Positions 28,197-37,659 are shown, numbered from the stretch's first letter. The stretch: 64,000 bases of DNA from an uncultured Gammaproteobacteria bacterium (GCA_937926265.1 CALAZS010000130.1:2796-66795); one strand, 5' to 3'. Made by a program: numbers and translations. The notes: generated by a model from the letters alone, not told the origin.

Positions 28197-30656
28197 CTAG
28201 CTTTCTCTTTCCAGCCTGTCCTGTAATAGCCGGCGATCTCTTTCCTGTTCTAAACGCTCAGCAATTTCCGGATACTTTTCTTCAAGACTGGCAACATCTG
28301 AACTTACCAGTCGAATCGTGACAACAGTCGTTTTCGCTTTTACAGTCGCGGTTCGTACCGCATCCTGAAGCAACGCCACTTCACCAAAAAAATCGCCTTC
28401 ATGTAACTCCTGCAGAAACACTTCTGAACCACGACTCTGCTTTGAAACAGTGACTGTGCCTTTTTTGATCAGATACAGCGCATCACCTTTATCACCTTCA
28501 CCAATGATGATGTCATCCGCCAGAAAGGTTATGAGCTTCGCATGATCCGACAAGACCTTTAACGCAGCCTGACTTAAACCACTGAACAGCGGTATATTTG
28601 CCAGGGCCCGATCAAAATCAGGCGGTAATTGGTCCCCGTTATGATAAACCGACATCAGTATTTCACTGATAACAGAAGAAATTTTGTTAAATGCCTTTAT
28701 GCCAATTTCACCATGATGAAATTCTTCTTCTGCTCCGACCTTGGCAGAAATCAATGCCGCCCGGGTAAACATTTCCTTTTCAATGGAAACAAACATATCC
28801 TGGTAATCATCCCGCAATTGCTGAAGGTCTGCTTTCCTTCTTGCCAGTCGTTTTTCATGCAGTTCAACCATTGGCAATTTCTCTTCATCAGAAAAACCTG
28901 TTTCTTTTTTAATTTTTTCCAACGCAAAATATGACATCACGATACCGGCGATTTTTCTTTGAATACGCTGCTTGAGTCTCAGCGACTGGTAATGTGATAA
29001 AAGTGGAATCGCCCAGTTCTTTTCCCGGGTAAACTCAATAATGCCCAGCTCCATCTTTTTAAACAGTGACGTACCCTTGCGGGTGGTTCGATCATCAACT
29101 TCACCATCGCTTGAGTGAAAGTTTTCACGATCTATCTGCAGGTTGTTTTTGATATCAAGCAGCGTGTACTGGTCAATGATACCGATGCCGTACAGCTCAT
29201 TCAGGGCACTCAGTTCAGCTTTCAGTGATATCAGGTAAACACGTTTTTGAACCTGTTCTTCAGAGATGCTGGGGATGGCATTTTCAAATGTCAGCCTGAT
29301 TTGTTTATCCAGTGTCTCACCCAGCTGGCTGGATAAAATTCCCAGTTCACGGTATTGCCTCAGGGTTTCACTGGAGACTTTTTCTACACGCTGTAATTCA
29401 TGTTCGAATTCAGATAGTTCATCATCAGTCAGCACATCCATTTTTAAGCGATGCATTAACGGACGAATGCTCCAGGCATTAACAATCAGGGTAAACAGCA
29501 CCACCCCCAGAGTCAGGTTTATTAACAACTCTCTGCCAGGCATCGTTTCAGGAATTGATAAAACAATCGCTATCGCCAGACCACCCTTCAGGCCTCCCCA
29601 CCACATGATATGTCTTTCGGCCATTGAGACCGCGGGCAACCTGAATAACTTGGTTGTTACCGGCACCAGCGAATAGACACCTGCGGCCCTGGCCAGAAGC
29701 ACGATGACAACGGTGATCATAATCAGGTTGACATCGTTAACCAGGGACTCCAGGTCAATCGACAAGCCTAACATCAGGAACAACAGTGAATTGGCAACCA
29801 GGCCAAAAAACTCCCAGGTTTCCAGCAGTATGGGTTTTACATTCACCGGTATGCGCGTCATACCGTAAATGCTTAATGCCAGGGCCGAGCTGACGGTAGC
29901 GATCACCCCTGAAACATGCAGAAGATGTTCGCCGACAATAAAACTGGCATAAGCCGTAACAACCGACATAGCCAGGATTGCACTGACATTACTTTTCAGG
30001 CGAAACAGCATCTCACTGACAACAAGACCAATAAGCATTCCGACCACGGCGCCACCTAAAAACACAAATACAAACTCGGCAACCGACATGGTTGTTGAAA
30101 CAAACCCGAGCTCTGTACCTTCAACAACCATCGCCAGCAAAATCCCGAAAACCACGATGGCAGTGGCATCGTTAAAAAGCGATTCGCCCTCAACCAGCAC
30201 GTTAAGCCGCAAAGGCGCACCCAGTTCCTTGAACAGGGCCACAACGGCAACCGGATCGGTAGCCGAAATCAATGCTCCGAAAAGCAGTGCCGTGGTCAAC
30301 TCCAGGTCCAGCAAAAACCACAGCGCATAACCAACCAGGGTGGTTGATATCAAGAGTGCAGGTACCGCCAGGGTTAGCACTGGCGCAATGTCCTTAACCA
30401 GTTGACGTGCGTCAAGACTGAGACCTGATTCAAAAATCAATGCCGGCAGGAAAATAAAAAACACCAGCTCAGGGGTTAACCTGAAATCATCCAGAATATG
30501 AAGTGCGGGCCAGGCAAGCTGTAACTCTGAAAGGCCAATGCCAATAACAACCAGCAGGACGGTATATGGAATAGCAACACGTCGAAACAGCCCGGCAGCA
30601 AGAATCGCAACTGTCAGCAGTACCATCGCAATCAGCAAGGTTTCCGAGACCGGCAT
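28197..30656 (-). CDS. CPA1-type Na+(K+)/H+ antiporter fused to a C-terminal cyclic-nucleotide-binding domain
   Basis: 819 aa. ~400-aa polytopic exchanger domain, long helical linker and a C-terminal cNMP domain (GDALYLIKKGTVTV...FFGEVALLQDAVRTATVKA). Confidence 0.8.
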   Translation of the reverse strand: MPVSETLLIAMVLLTVAILAAGLFRRVAIPYTVLLVVIGIGLSELQLAWPALHILDDFRLTPELVFFIFLPALIFESGLSLDARQLVKDIAPVLTLAVPALLISTTLVGYALWFLLDLELTTALLFGALISATDPVAVVALFKELGAPLRLNVLVEGESLFNDATAIVVFGILLAMVVEGTELGFVSTTMSVAEFVFVFLGGAVVGMLIGLVVSEMLFRLKSNVSAILAMSVVTAYASFIVGEHLLHVSGVIATVSSALALSIYGMTRIPVNVKPILLETWEFFGLVANSLLFLMLGLSIDLESLVNDVNLIMITVVIVLLARAAGVYSLVPVTTKLFRLPAVSMAERHIMWWGGLKGGLAIAIVLSIPETMPGRELLINLTLGVVLFTLIVNAWSIRPLMHRLKMDVLTDDELSEFEHELQRVEKVSSETLRQYRELGILSSQLGETLDKQIRLTFENAIPSISEEQVQKRVYLISLKAELSALNELYGIGIIDQYTLLDIKNNLQIDRENFHSSDGEVDDRTTRKGTSLFKKMELGIIEFTREKNWAIPLLSHYQSLRLKQRIQRKIAGIVMSYFALEKIKKETGFSDEEKLPMVELHEKRLARRKADLQQLRDDYQDMFVSIEKEMFTRAALISAKVGAEEEFHHGEIGIKAFNKISSVISEILMSVYHNGDQLPPDFDRALANIPLFSGLSQAALKVLSDHAKLITFLADDIIIGEGDKGDALYLIKKGTVTVSKQSRGSEVFLQELHEGDFFGEVALLQDAVRTATVKAKTTVVTIRLVSSDVASLEEKYPEIAERLEQERDRRLLQDRLERES

Positions 30657-30741
30657 TTAAACTTTATCCCTTGTTTTTGGTCTATCCCATTAATTGGTAT
30701 AGCATATTTCTTTCAAGTTTATTTCAATCACAGGTTCCAGT

Positions 30742-31266
30742 TTGTCCTCACCAAAGCAATTTGAAAACAAAATTGGCAAATCCATGACCATGATTTCATG
30801 GCTCATGGTGCTGGGATTGCTGACCTTGGTGTTTGCTCGTTTTCTAGAATCTGAACAAAATCCAAACCAGTCACCGCAAGCCTTTATTGCAGAAAATGAC
30901 AAAAAGGTAGTTGTGCTAAAAATGAACCGCTCCGGTCACTATGTCGCTTCCGGTAAAATTAACCAGGTCCCGGTGGAATTCCTGCTCGACACTGGTGCCA
31001 CCGATGTCGCCATTTCAGAGCAGCTTGCGCGTAAACTCAACCTGGAAATAACCGGCAGGACCATGAGTCAGACAGCAAATGGCGTTGTGCCGAGTTACCG
31101 CACCATGCTCGACAGTGTCACAATTGGCAATATTACGCTCAATAATATCCGCGCAAGTATTTTCTCCGGCCTGCCAGGCGGGGAAGTGTTACTTGGCATG
31201 AGTTTTTTGAAACAACTTGAGATGGTTCAGAAAGGCAAGACGCTGACCCTGATAAAACGCAGTTAA
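30742..31266 (+). CDS. Retropepsin-like clan AA aspartic protease (TIGR02281-type, membrane anchored)
   Basis: 174 aa with an N-terminal TM and active-site block LLDTGATDVAIS. The TTG start is uncertain (alternative ATG at 30784). Confidence 0.7.
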   Translation: MSSPKQFENKIGKSMTMISWLMVLGLLTLVFARFLESEQNPNQSPQAFIAENDKKVVVLKMNRSGHYVASGKINQVPVEFLLDTGATDVAISEQLARKLNLEITGRTMSQTANGVVPSYRTMLDSVTIGNITLNNIRASIFSGLPGGEVLLGMSFLKQLEMVQKGKTLTLIKRS

Positions 31267-31294
31267 AAAAATCCCCGCATTCGCGGGGATTTTA
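31264..31294. terminator. Bidirectional intrinsic terminator
   Basis: A7-ATCCCCGC-ATTC-GCGGGGAT-TTT between convergent genes. Confidence 0.7.
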
Positions 31295-31306
31295 TTGTAG
31301 TTACGT

Positions 31307-31954
31307 TTATCGGTAACGCACTGGCATTCTTTGTCTTTGCATTTTCTGCCGGAAGTATTGTCGATAATACATCAGGGCACTGCTGCCATTGGCCGAAACA
31401 TCATAGACTTTCCAACCATTTTTATCCTTGTACATACGAAAATCGAGTCTTGCAGGGTAGCCAGCCGGGTTACCGATGGCAATACTCAACTGAACCTGGC
31501 CTTTACCCATAATTTTGGGGGCAAGGTACTTGACTGACTGGTTACTGAAAGATGTCAGCTTCTGTGCCATGGTTGAAAGAAACTGGGTTTTCAACTCGTT
31601 CTCGACGGCCTTGCGCTGTGGCTCAGACATACGCGAATAGTAAGAACCTGAAGCCCACTTCGCCATGTAAGGGAAGTTGAAATACGGGGCAATTTCGCGG
31701 TCAAGAAAAATGGCAATCTGCTGACCGGAAGGCGCCTGGTTCTGTTTGAAAAATGATACCAGCCTGGTGAGACCTTCTTTTAATACCGCACCAGCCTGTT
31801 CAACATCTGTGGGTGGCTTTGGTTTAACTGGAGCTGGCATTGGTCTGTGCTGGTAGCCATAACCGGGCATCGGCATCTGATAGGGTTGGGCTAATAGTGG
31901 CAGGGAGATTAAACCGCATAGCAATGCAGGTATTAACCGGGTTATCTTCATCAT
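31307..31954 (-). CDS. MlaC/Ttg2D-family periplasmic lipid-binding protein (orphan)
   Basis: 215 aa with a signal peptide. C-terminal ...MYKDKNGWKVYDVSANGSSALMYYRQYF resembles the MlaC family. Confidence 0.6.
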   Translation of the reverse strand: MMKITRLIPALLCGLISLPLLAQPYQMPMPGYGYQHRPMPAPVKPKPPTDVEQAGAVLKEGLTRLVSFFKQNQAPSGQQIAIFLDREIAPYFNFPYMAKWASGSYYSRMSEPQRKAVENELKTQFLSTMAQKLTSFSNQSVKYLAPKIMGKGQVQLSIAIGNPAGYPARLDFRMYKDKNGWKVYDVSANGSSALMYYRQYFRQKMQRQRMPVRYR

Positions 31955-32147
31955 GTTATCCTCAATCGGGTGGTGGTGTCAGTTATTATTGTGATGACTA
32001 GACTGCACCTGTCAGACCAGAAAATCAAGCCACCGGTTTTAGATTTTTCTATGCAAGCTGGACGTAATTTTCTTCATTTGCTCCTATACTTAAGTTATAC
32101 ACTCAAGTAGTTATTAACGGATAAAAAATTAAAAGAAGGTGATCGTT

Positions 32148-32939
32148 ATGTCGAATAACCTGTCAATCTCTCAAGACGACAGACACGTAGTGCGAATTTC
32201 ATTCAATCGTCCCGAACAATCCAACGTAATCGATGAGGCCACGGCCAATGAACTGCGTGACAATCTAAGGCAGTTGGCCAAGGACTCAAGCATCAGGGCC
32301 ATCGTGCTTACCGGTGAGGGTGATCACTTTTGCAAAAGTGTCGATCCTGCCTGGATTCAGTCCTACCAGAACAACAACGTTGACCAGGACAACGACCCCG
32401 GCTCAAAGATTTTCACCATTCTTACCGAACTGGATAATTTTCCCACACCGGTTATTGCCAGCATTAAAGGTGACGCGCTTGGGGTTGGTGCTGCCATGGC
32501 CGCTTGCAGTGACATAGTTGTCTGCGAAAAACAAAGCCGCTTCGCTATCAATGAAGTACGTGCCGGCCTGGCTCCTATTGCTTCAGCGCCCTACATCATG
32601 TCCTGTATCGGTGCCCACAATACCCGGCGCTGGCTGCTTAGCGGTGATTACATGTCATCCGAGCAGGCCGTTTCCATGGGGCTGGCTCATATTAACGTGG
32701 ATTCAGATGAACTGGATGCAACCGTTGAAAACCAGGTTGAGACAGTACTCAAGGGCGTTACATCCGCCCAGAAAGAAACCAAGCAGTTCATCAAGGATAT
32801 TTGTATTCATGGTCACCATGAATCCGCTGCATTTCAACGTTCATCCGGCGTCATGTTTAAACGCTGCCTGAATTCCAAGGCTGCAAAAAAAGGTATCAAC
32901 GATTGGATTGAAAATCAGGAGCCCCCCTGGGAAGACTGA
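32148..32939 (+). CDS. Enoyl-CoA hydratase/isomerase (crotonase) family protein
   Basis: 263 aa from the ATG after an AAGGTG SD. Crotonase-type blocks IRAIVLTGEGDHFCKSVD and PVIASIKGDALGVGAAMA. Confidence 0.75.
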   Translation: MSNNLSISQDDRHVVRISFNRPEQSNVIDEATANELRDNLRQLAKDSSIRAIVLTGEGDHFCKSVDPAWIQSYQNNNVDQDNDPGSKIFTILTELDNFPTPVIASIKGDALGVGAAMAACSDIVVCEKQSRFAINEVRAGLAPIASAPYIMSCIGAHNTRRWLLSGDYMSSEQAVSMGLAHINVDSDELDATVENQVETVLKGVTSAQKETKQFIKDICIHGHHESAAFQRSSGVMFKRCLNSKAAKKGINDWIENQEPPWED

Positions 32940-32946
32940 TTCAGAC

Positions 32947-33001
32947 CTGTTTCCAGCGCCAAAATGGAAACAGAAATCTGGAAACTTGAAACAGGTAACA
33001 G
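32947..33001. repeat. Cluster of CTGTTTC/GAAACAG-type repeats (one inverted pair plus three direct copies)
   Basis: CTGTTTCCA (32947-55) pairs with TGGAAACAG (32965-73). These are followed by TGGAAAC (32979-85), TGAAACAGG (32987-95) and GTAACAG (32995-33001). Confidence 0.6.
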
Positions 33002-33104
33002 CCAGATTATCCGGTTTGCCCGGCTAACGGGCTCGCACCTGTCATAAAGTCTTAATATTTATGCTGCACACTGTTTTCGAAATAGAAAAACAAATTGTGT
33101 GACT

Positions 33105-36100
33105 ATGTCTACGCTTCTGGCTTCAGCCTCAGATTTTTCCAGTCTTGAGCAGGCTCTTGACTGGTTTATCAATCAACCCCCATCTTCTATAGACAGCCAC
33201 TCTCAACGGGCACTAGAGCAACTTTTATTTGTTGCCGGTGAACGCGGCATGCTCGGCTTTGTCGAAACCATTCAAAACAAACTCAACATTAATCTGGGAA
33301 AGGTTAAATTACCTCCAATCATATCTTCCCAGGTTGCTGCACCCGGGTTTTCCACGGCCGAGAATGGTCAGGTATTTAACATTCCCAGTGATCTGGGCGA
33401 ATACCAGCAGGAAAGACTGCGTTTAATGGCCAAAGTAATCAGCCACAAGCTGTTTGGCAGAAAGATTATCGTCAATGTTGGTATTGGCTATATCGGCACA
33501 GCCAACATTACTGCAGCTGCGAGTGCCCTTGATGAAAAACATAATCCGCTTTACTGCGTAATCGGCTACCAGCGACCGTCCAGCCACTCAAGCTGGAAAG
33601 TCAATTTCATGAACCAGGGATTGCCGACCATCACAACGGCAGACAACTCTCTGGCAGAAAAAATAGACAGCGCCCATCGCCGCGGCAATTTAACTGCCAC
33701 CTACCTGCAGGAACAGTCACTATCCGTAGCGGACATAATTTTCGTCGAAACCGAACTTCACGTTCGTAAGTACTCACCCAGAGCTATAGAGCGATCCGAA
33801 GCAGATCCTGAAGCAACCTTGAAACTTATCAGGCAAATAGCCTCTGTCATGCCAGCGCATGCTTTGCTGGTTATTGAAAGTACCGTTTATCCCGGCTTTA
33901 CTCTGCATGATGCACTGCCCCTTGTTAATCAAACCCTGATGCAGAGAGGCCTGATCAAGCAGGGCCAGGATAGTAACCTCGCTTATGGCTTTCACCGGGT
34001 AAAACCTGGCACTGGCTTCATGTCATCGTTTTATAAAATTCCTAGGGACGCCGGCGGTGTCACTGAGCAGGCAGCTAAAACACTTAAGTCTTATTACGAT
34101 GCCACCGGTATCCGCTACCAGATGCATCATGACATCACTACATCTGAATTGATGAAGGACATTGAAAACGCTTCGAAGTTTGGCCTGCTTGACCTGATGA
34201 GCGCCTTTATGAAATCAGCAGAAGCTACCGGCATCAACGGTTTCAGGGTAATCCGTGCAATCGCTGAGGCCAGACCCGATGAGCATGGCCGTTACATCCG
34301 GGAAATTGCCGGTTTACAGGTTGGCGGTTATTGCGTACCGAAAGAACTTGGTCTGCTGATCAATGGTTTAAGACGACACTATGATGTTTCCGAGCTTCAG
34401 ATCCGGCAGATGTTTTATTCACGGATTGTCGCTGCTGCCATCAGTGACTATCGTGCAGAAGATGCTGTCTATCATGTGACCGTAGAATTAAGTCATGCTG
34501 GCAAATCAATATCTGAAAGCCAGCTTTACTGGGCCGGTGTTTCATACAAGGAGGGCGTCGGTGACACGCGCATGGCCGGCACCGAAAGAGGACTCAGGTA
34601 CGCCGCCCATCTCGGGGCTGACAACCGAGTAACCGACCCACTGGTAGTCAACTGGCCTGAACTTCAACATCAAAGGCTGGGTGATCCTGAATGCTGGGGG
34701 CATGGCCTGGCCAACCAGGAACAACTGCGTGATATCCAGGTTCACACCCACATCAATTTGCTTGAAAACCTTTCACCTGATGATGATGCCGTAATACTTG
34801 CAGTAAGACACCCGTCTTATCTTGGTGCCGGCAAACCCGAATCAGCCCGCACCGACAATGAAGGCCATGTTCATCCTGGCATTGATGCTATTACTCTGTC
34901 AGTCAAAATGCGCGGGCAAAAAAACAAACTCATCCTGGATACTTTTGATTTCCTTTCAGACTCAGACATAAAAAAATTTCTGGCACTCGGCTGGCAGGTA
35001 CGCGCCTTTGGCAAAGGTCATATAAGCAAACTCAAAAAAGAAATAACCACTGAAGAAGCCGCCCTATGGCAGCAGGAACTTGAGAGTCGCCTTGCGCCGC
35101 CGGCAACAGCAGTAAACGAAAAAGATGAAAAACCATGTGTTTCATTGCCAGACCTGGCCAACCGTCTCAATGAAGAAATACTCAAAGAATCGGTCAACCA
35201 GCTTTTCAGCCGTTTCAGGCAAACCGGTGAACTGCTTATAGCCCTTTCAGACAATCAATCACTGATGTCCCGGCCCGAGTCACCTGCAGAGGTTGTTAAC
35301 CAGCTGCAACTGATACGCTATTTAAAACACGCCGGTCTGGATGGACTTAACCAGGACCTCGACCGGCTTGCCCATGAATTAATGCAAGCAGATGCAAGTC
35401 TCACTGTTGCAGAACATCTGCGCCTACTGCGACATCGTCCTGACCTGGCGATTTCCAACAAATCGGTTGAACATCCACTTTTTGATCAAAGCCTGGCACC
35501 TGATACCCGCCTGTTGCCTGCCACGGTTTTTGTGACTGCAAACAATGGCAAACTGGAAAAGCGCGAAGACCCTGAAGGCTTACCTTATCGCCTGAGCACC
35601 AAGTGGGTACCTGACCTTGCCAACCTGATACAGGATAAACATGCCTTCCCGGTTGAGTGGTCAAAGTTTTCTATCGAGGTACCAATCAACCTGCGCAAGG
35701 TTTCAGACCAGCCTGTAGAGTTCGATCTGTATGAAGATTTTCTATACCTGCCGCTGGATTTTCGTGACTGGCTGGTAAACGATATCTGGAACCGGGGTTA
35801 TGTGCTGACTACACTCGAAGGTGAGCCCCAGAACCGTGTCAGTTACCTGATGGACGTCAACCTGGACCCGAAGACAGTTGCCAGGGGACGTGGCGGCGTG
35901 CTTTTCTGGCAGGACAGTCGCGAACCGGTATTGCTGACCACGCCCGAAGGCCATGAAATTCCGCTTGAATTAAAAGCCATTGGTGACTACCTCGGCGGAT
36001 CAGCAGAAAGTCTCAATGTTAATTACAACCGCACGATTATCAGCGGCCGGGTTGAAGGCGGCGGCACAGCCAAAACCAACCTGGGCCAGGTACCCGGTCA

Positions 36101-37622
36101 TATGTTCTCAGCAGATGATATTAACTGGCAGGAACGATTGAAAACCTGTGGCCCCTACCTGCAGGGATTAACGCCGCGTTCTGTTTTCCGGGTGCGCTGG
36201 AGCTACCCCGAGAAACCGGGTGATACCTTCCAGATGATCGGCAGGGCTTCACCATCAACCATGCGGCTTGGTCATGTGTTTGCAGGTACCGATGCATTTG
36301 ATGTTTCACCCGAACAGACAGCTTACACACTAGGCTGGAACAACGCTGAAGTGCTTGGACATGATATCGCTGCAGTACACATTGCACTGAACCTCGATAA
36401 CGTCATGTCCAACAACTATTACACCGATACCGGCAGTAATATTGATTTGTTCTGTGAACGTGACCCCAAAGGCAGTTTCCGTGACTATGCCGGCTATGGA
36501 CTGCTGATGGTTATTTACACCTACAACCAGATGAAGGCTTTCCAGGAAAGGCAAACTGCGCTCCCACAACCCTGTATTGACTACCTGCAGTTCTGGTTTG
36601 ATGGATTCCTTGAACGCTTTTTCTCACTTGAGCAGGGTAGAAAAGTACCAAATAAAAACTTTTTTGAACGTTTTTACAACGTAAAAGATAATTTTTTAAC
36701 AACTGACGCACCAAACCAGGTCGAGCTGCTCATCGATGAGTGGCTTGATACGCTCTGGTTAAATTATGTGCCCTATCATGTGTTAAGAAACCGCATGACT
36801 CGTGGCTTCAACCCCGGAATAGAAACCGCATTTACAACCGGGCGTGAAGAACGCATGTTTGATGTTCAGGACAAGGAAAAGGCCCGTAGCTTTTTGAAAA
36901 ACCAGCTTGAAGTTATCGATCTTGCCAATGCCATTGGCAGATCAATTGAGCGTCCTTTGAATTTTGATTTTGACCGGGCAATGTCTGAATTAAATCAAAA
37001 GCTTGCCCAACTGGATTCCCCTAACACCATAAATGCTCTTGAGACTCAGGAACAGCCGGATTACCAGGATATCTATGAACTCAGCTTTTACGGCCCATTG
37101 CAGGAGGATGTGTTCACCATTCTCGATCACAATGATCAAAACCGGCTCGTCATAGCCAAGGCCAGACCCACTGTTTTCATTGATAAAATGGACGCCAATA
37201 TCAATCAGCGAATGCGCTTAAGTGGTCTGCGCCTGGTTAAAATGTTTGAAAACTCAGTTACTGGCGAGGTACCTGACATTATCAGGTCTTACCTGGCAGT
37301 ATGGAAAGGCCCGGAAAGCCATGCTCCGGGAGAGTACGATATTCAAAAGCAGGAAAACACCACGGCCTTACTTAAGCTTATCCAGAAAGACTTCCGGATT
37401 GCCCGCATGCTAAACCAGAAGCACCTGGAAAAATTCTCTGATATTGAATGGTTAAGTGTTGAAGCCGGTTCGCAAGATATGCAATCTGGAGAAGAACTGA
37501 CTGGCGATGTTCTGTCAGGAGATATTTTGGCAGGATATATTCTGGATCAGAAGCAGGTTAAGTTCAGACTGACTGAGAATGGAGAGCTGCATCAAACCAG
37601 CAGCAGTAATTTACCTGAATAG
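33105..37622 (+). CDS. Giant multidomain protein: nucleotide-sugar (UDP-glucose/GDP-mannose) dehydrogenase-like N-terminal half + ~850-aa unassigned C-terminal region
   Basis: Rossmann GIGYIG, LVIESTVYPGFT, catalytic-Cys block GGYCVPKE and C-terminal UDP-binding-type block GVSYKEGVGDTRMAG...VTDP. The rest has no family I recognise. ATG at 33105 preferred over GTG at 33099. Confidence 0.7.
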   Translation: MSTLLASASDFSSLEQALDWFINQPPSSIDSHSQRALEQLLFVAGERGMLGFVETIQNKLNINLGKVKLPPIISSQVAAPGFSTAENGQVFNIPSDLGEYQQERLRLMAKVISHKLFGRKIIVNVGIGYIGTANITAAASALDEKHNPLYCVIGYQRPSSHSSWKVNFMNQGLPTITTADNSLAEKIDSAHRRGNLTATYLQEQSLSVADIIFVETELHVRKYSPRAIERSEADPEATLKLIRQIASVMPAHALLVIESTVYPGFTLHDALPLVNQTLMQRGLIKQGQDSNLAYGFHRVKPGTGFMSSFYKIPRDAGGVTEQAAKTLKSYYDATGIRYQMHHDITTSELMKDIENASKFGLLDLMSAFMKSAEATGINGFRVIRAIAEARPDEHGRYIREIAGLQVGGYCVPKELGLLINGLRRHYDVSELQIRQMFYSRIVAAAISDYRAEDAVYHVTVELSHAGKSISESQLYWAGVSYKEGVGDTRMAGTERGLRYAAHLGADNRVTDPLVVNWPELQHQRLGDPECWGHGLANQEQLRDIQVHTHINLLENLSPDDDAVILAVRHPSYLGAGKPESARTDNEGHVHPGIDAITLSVKMRGQKNKLILDTFDFLSDSDIKKFLALGWQVRAFGKGHISKLKKEITTEEAALWQQELESRLAPPATAVNEKDEKPCVSLPDLANRLNEEILKESVNQLFSRFRQTGELLIALSDNQSLMSRPESPAEVVNQLQLIRYLKHAGLDGLNQDLDRLAHELMQADASLTVAEHLRLLRHRPDLAISNKSVEHPLFDQSLAPDTRLLPATVFVTANNGKLEKREDPEGLPYRLSTKWVPDLANLIQDKHAFPVEWSKFSIEVPINLRKVSDQPVEFDLYEDFLYLPLDFRDWLVNDIWNRGYVLTTLEGEPQNRVSYLMDVNLDPKTVARGRGGVLFWQDSREPVLLTTPEGHEIPLELKAIGDYLGGSAESLNVNYNRTIISGRVEGGGTAKTNLGQVPGHMFSADDINWQERLKTCGPYLQGLTPRSVFRVRWSYPEKPGDTFQMIGRASPSTMRLGHVFAGTDAFDVSPEQTAYTLGWNNAEVLGHDIAAVHIALNLDNVMSNNYYTDTGSNIDLFCERDPKGSFRDYAGYGLLMVIYTYNQMKAFQERQTALPQPCIDYLQFWFDGFLERFFSLEQGRKVPNKNFFERFYNVKDNFLTTDAPNQVELLIDEWLDTLWLNYVPYHVLRNRMTRGFNPGIETAFTTGREERMFDVQDKEKARSFLKNQLEVIDLANAIGRSIERPLNFDFDRAMSELNQKLAQLDSPNTINALETQEQPDYQDIYELSFYGPLQEDVFTILDHNDQNRLVIAKARPTVFIDKMDANINQRMRLSGLRLVKMFENSVTGEVPDIIRSYLAVWKGPESHAPGEYDIQKQENTTALLKLIQKDFRIARMLNQKHLEKFSDIEWLSVEAGSQDMQSGEELTGDVLSGDILAGYILDQKQVKFRLTENGELHQTSSSNLPE

Positions 37623-37659
37623 CTGCTTAATCCGGTCAACATTGATAGACTCTTCATCA

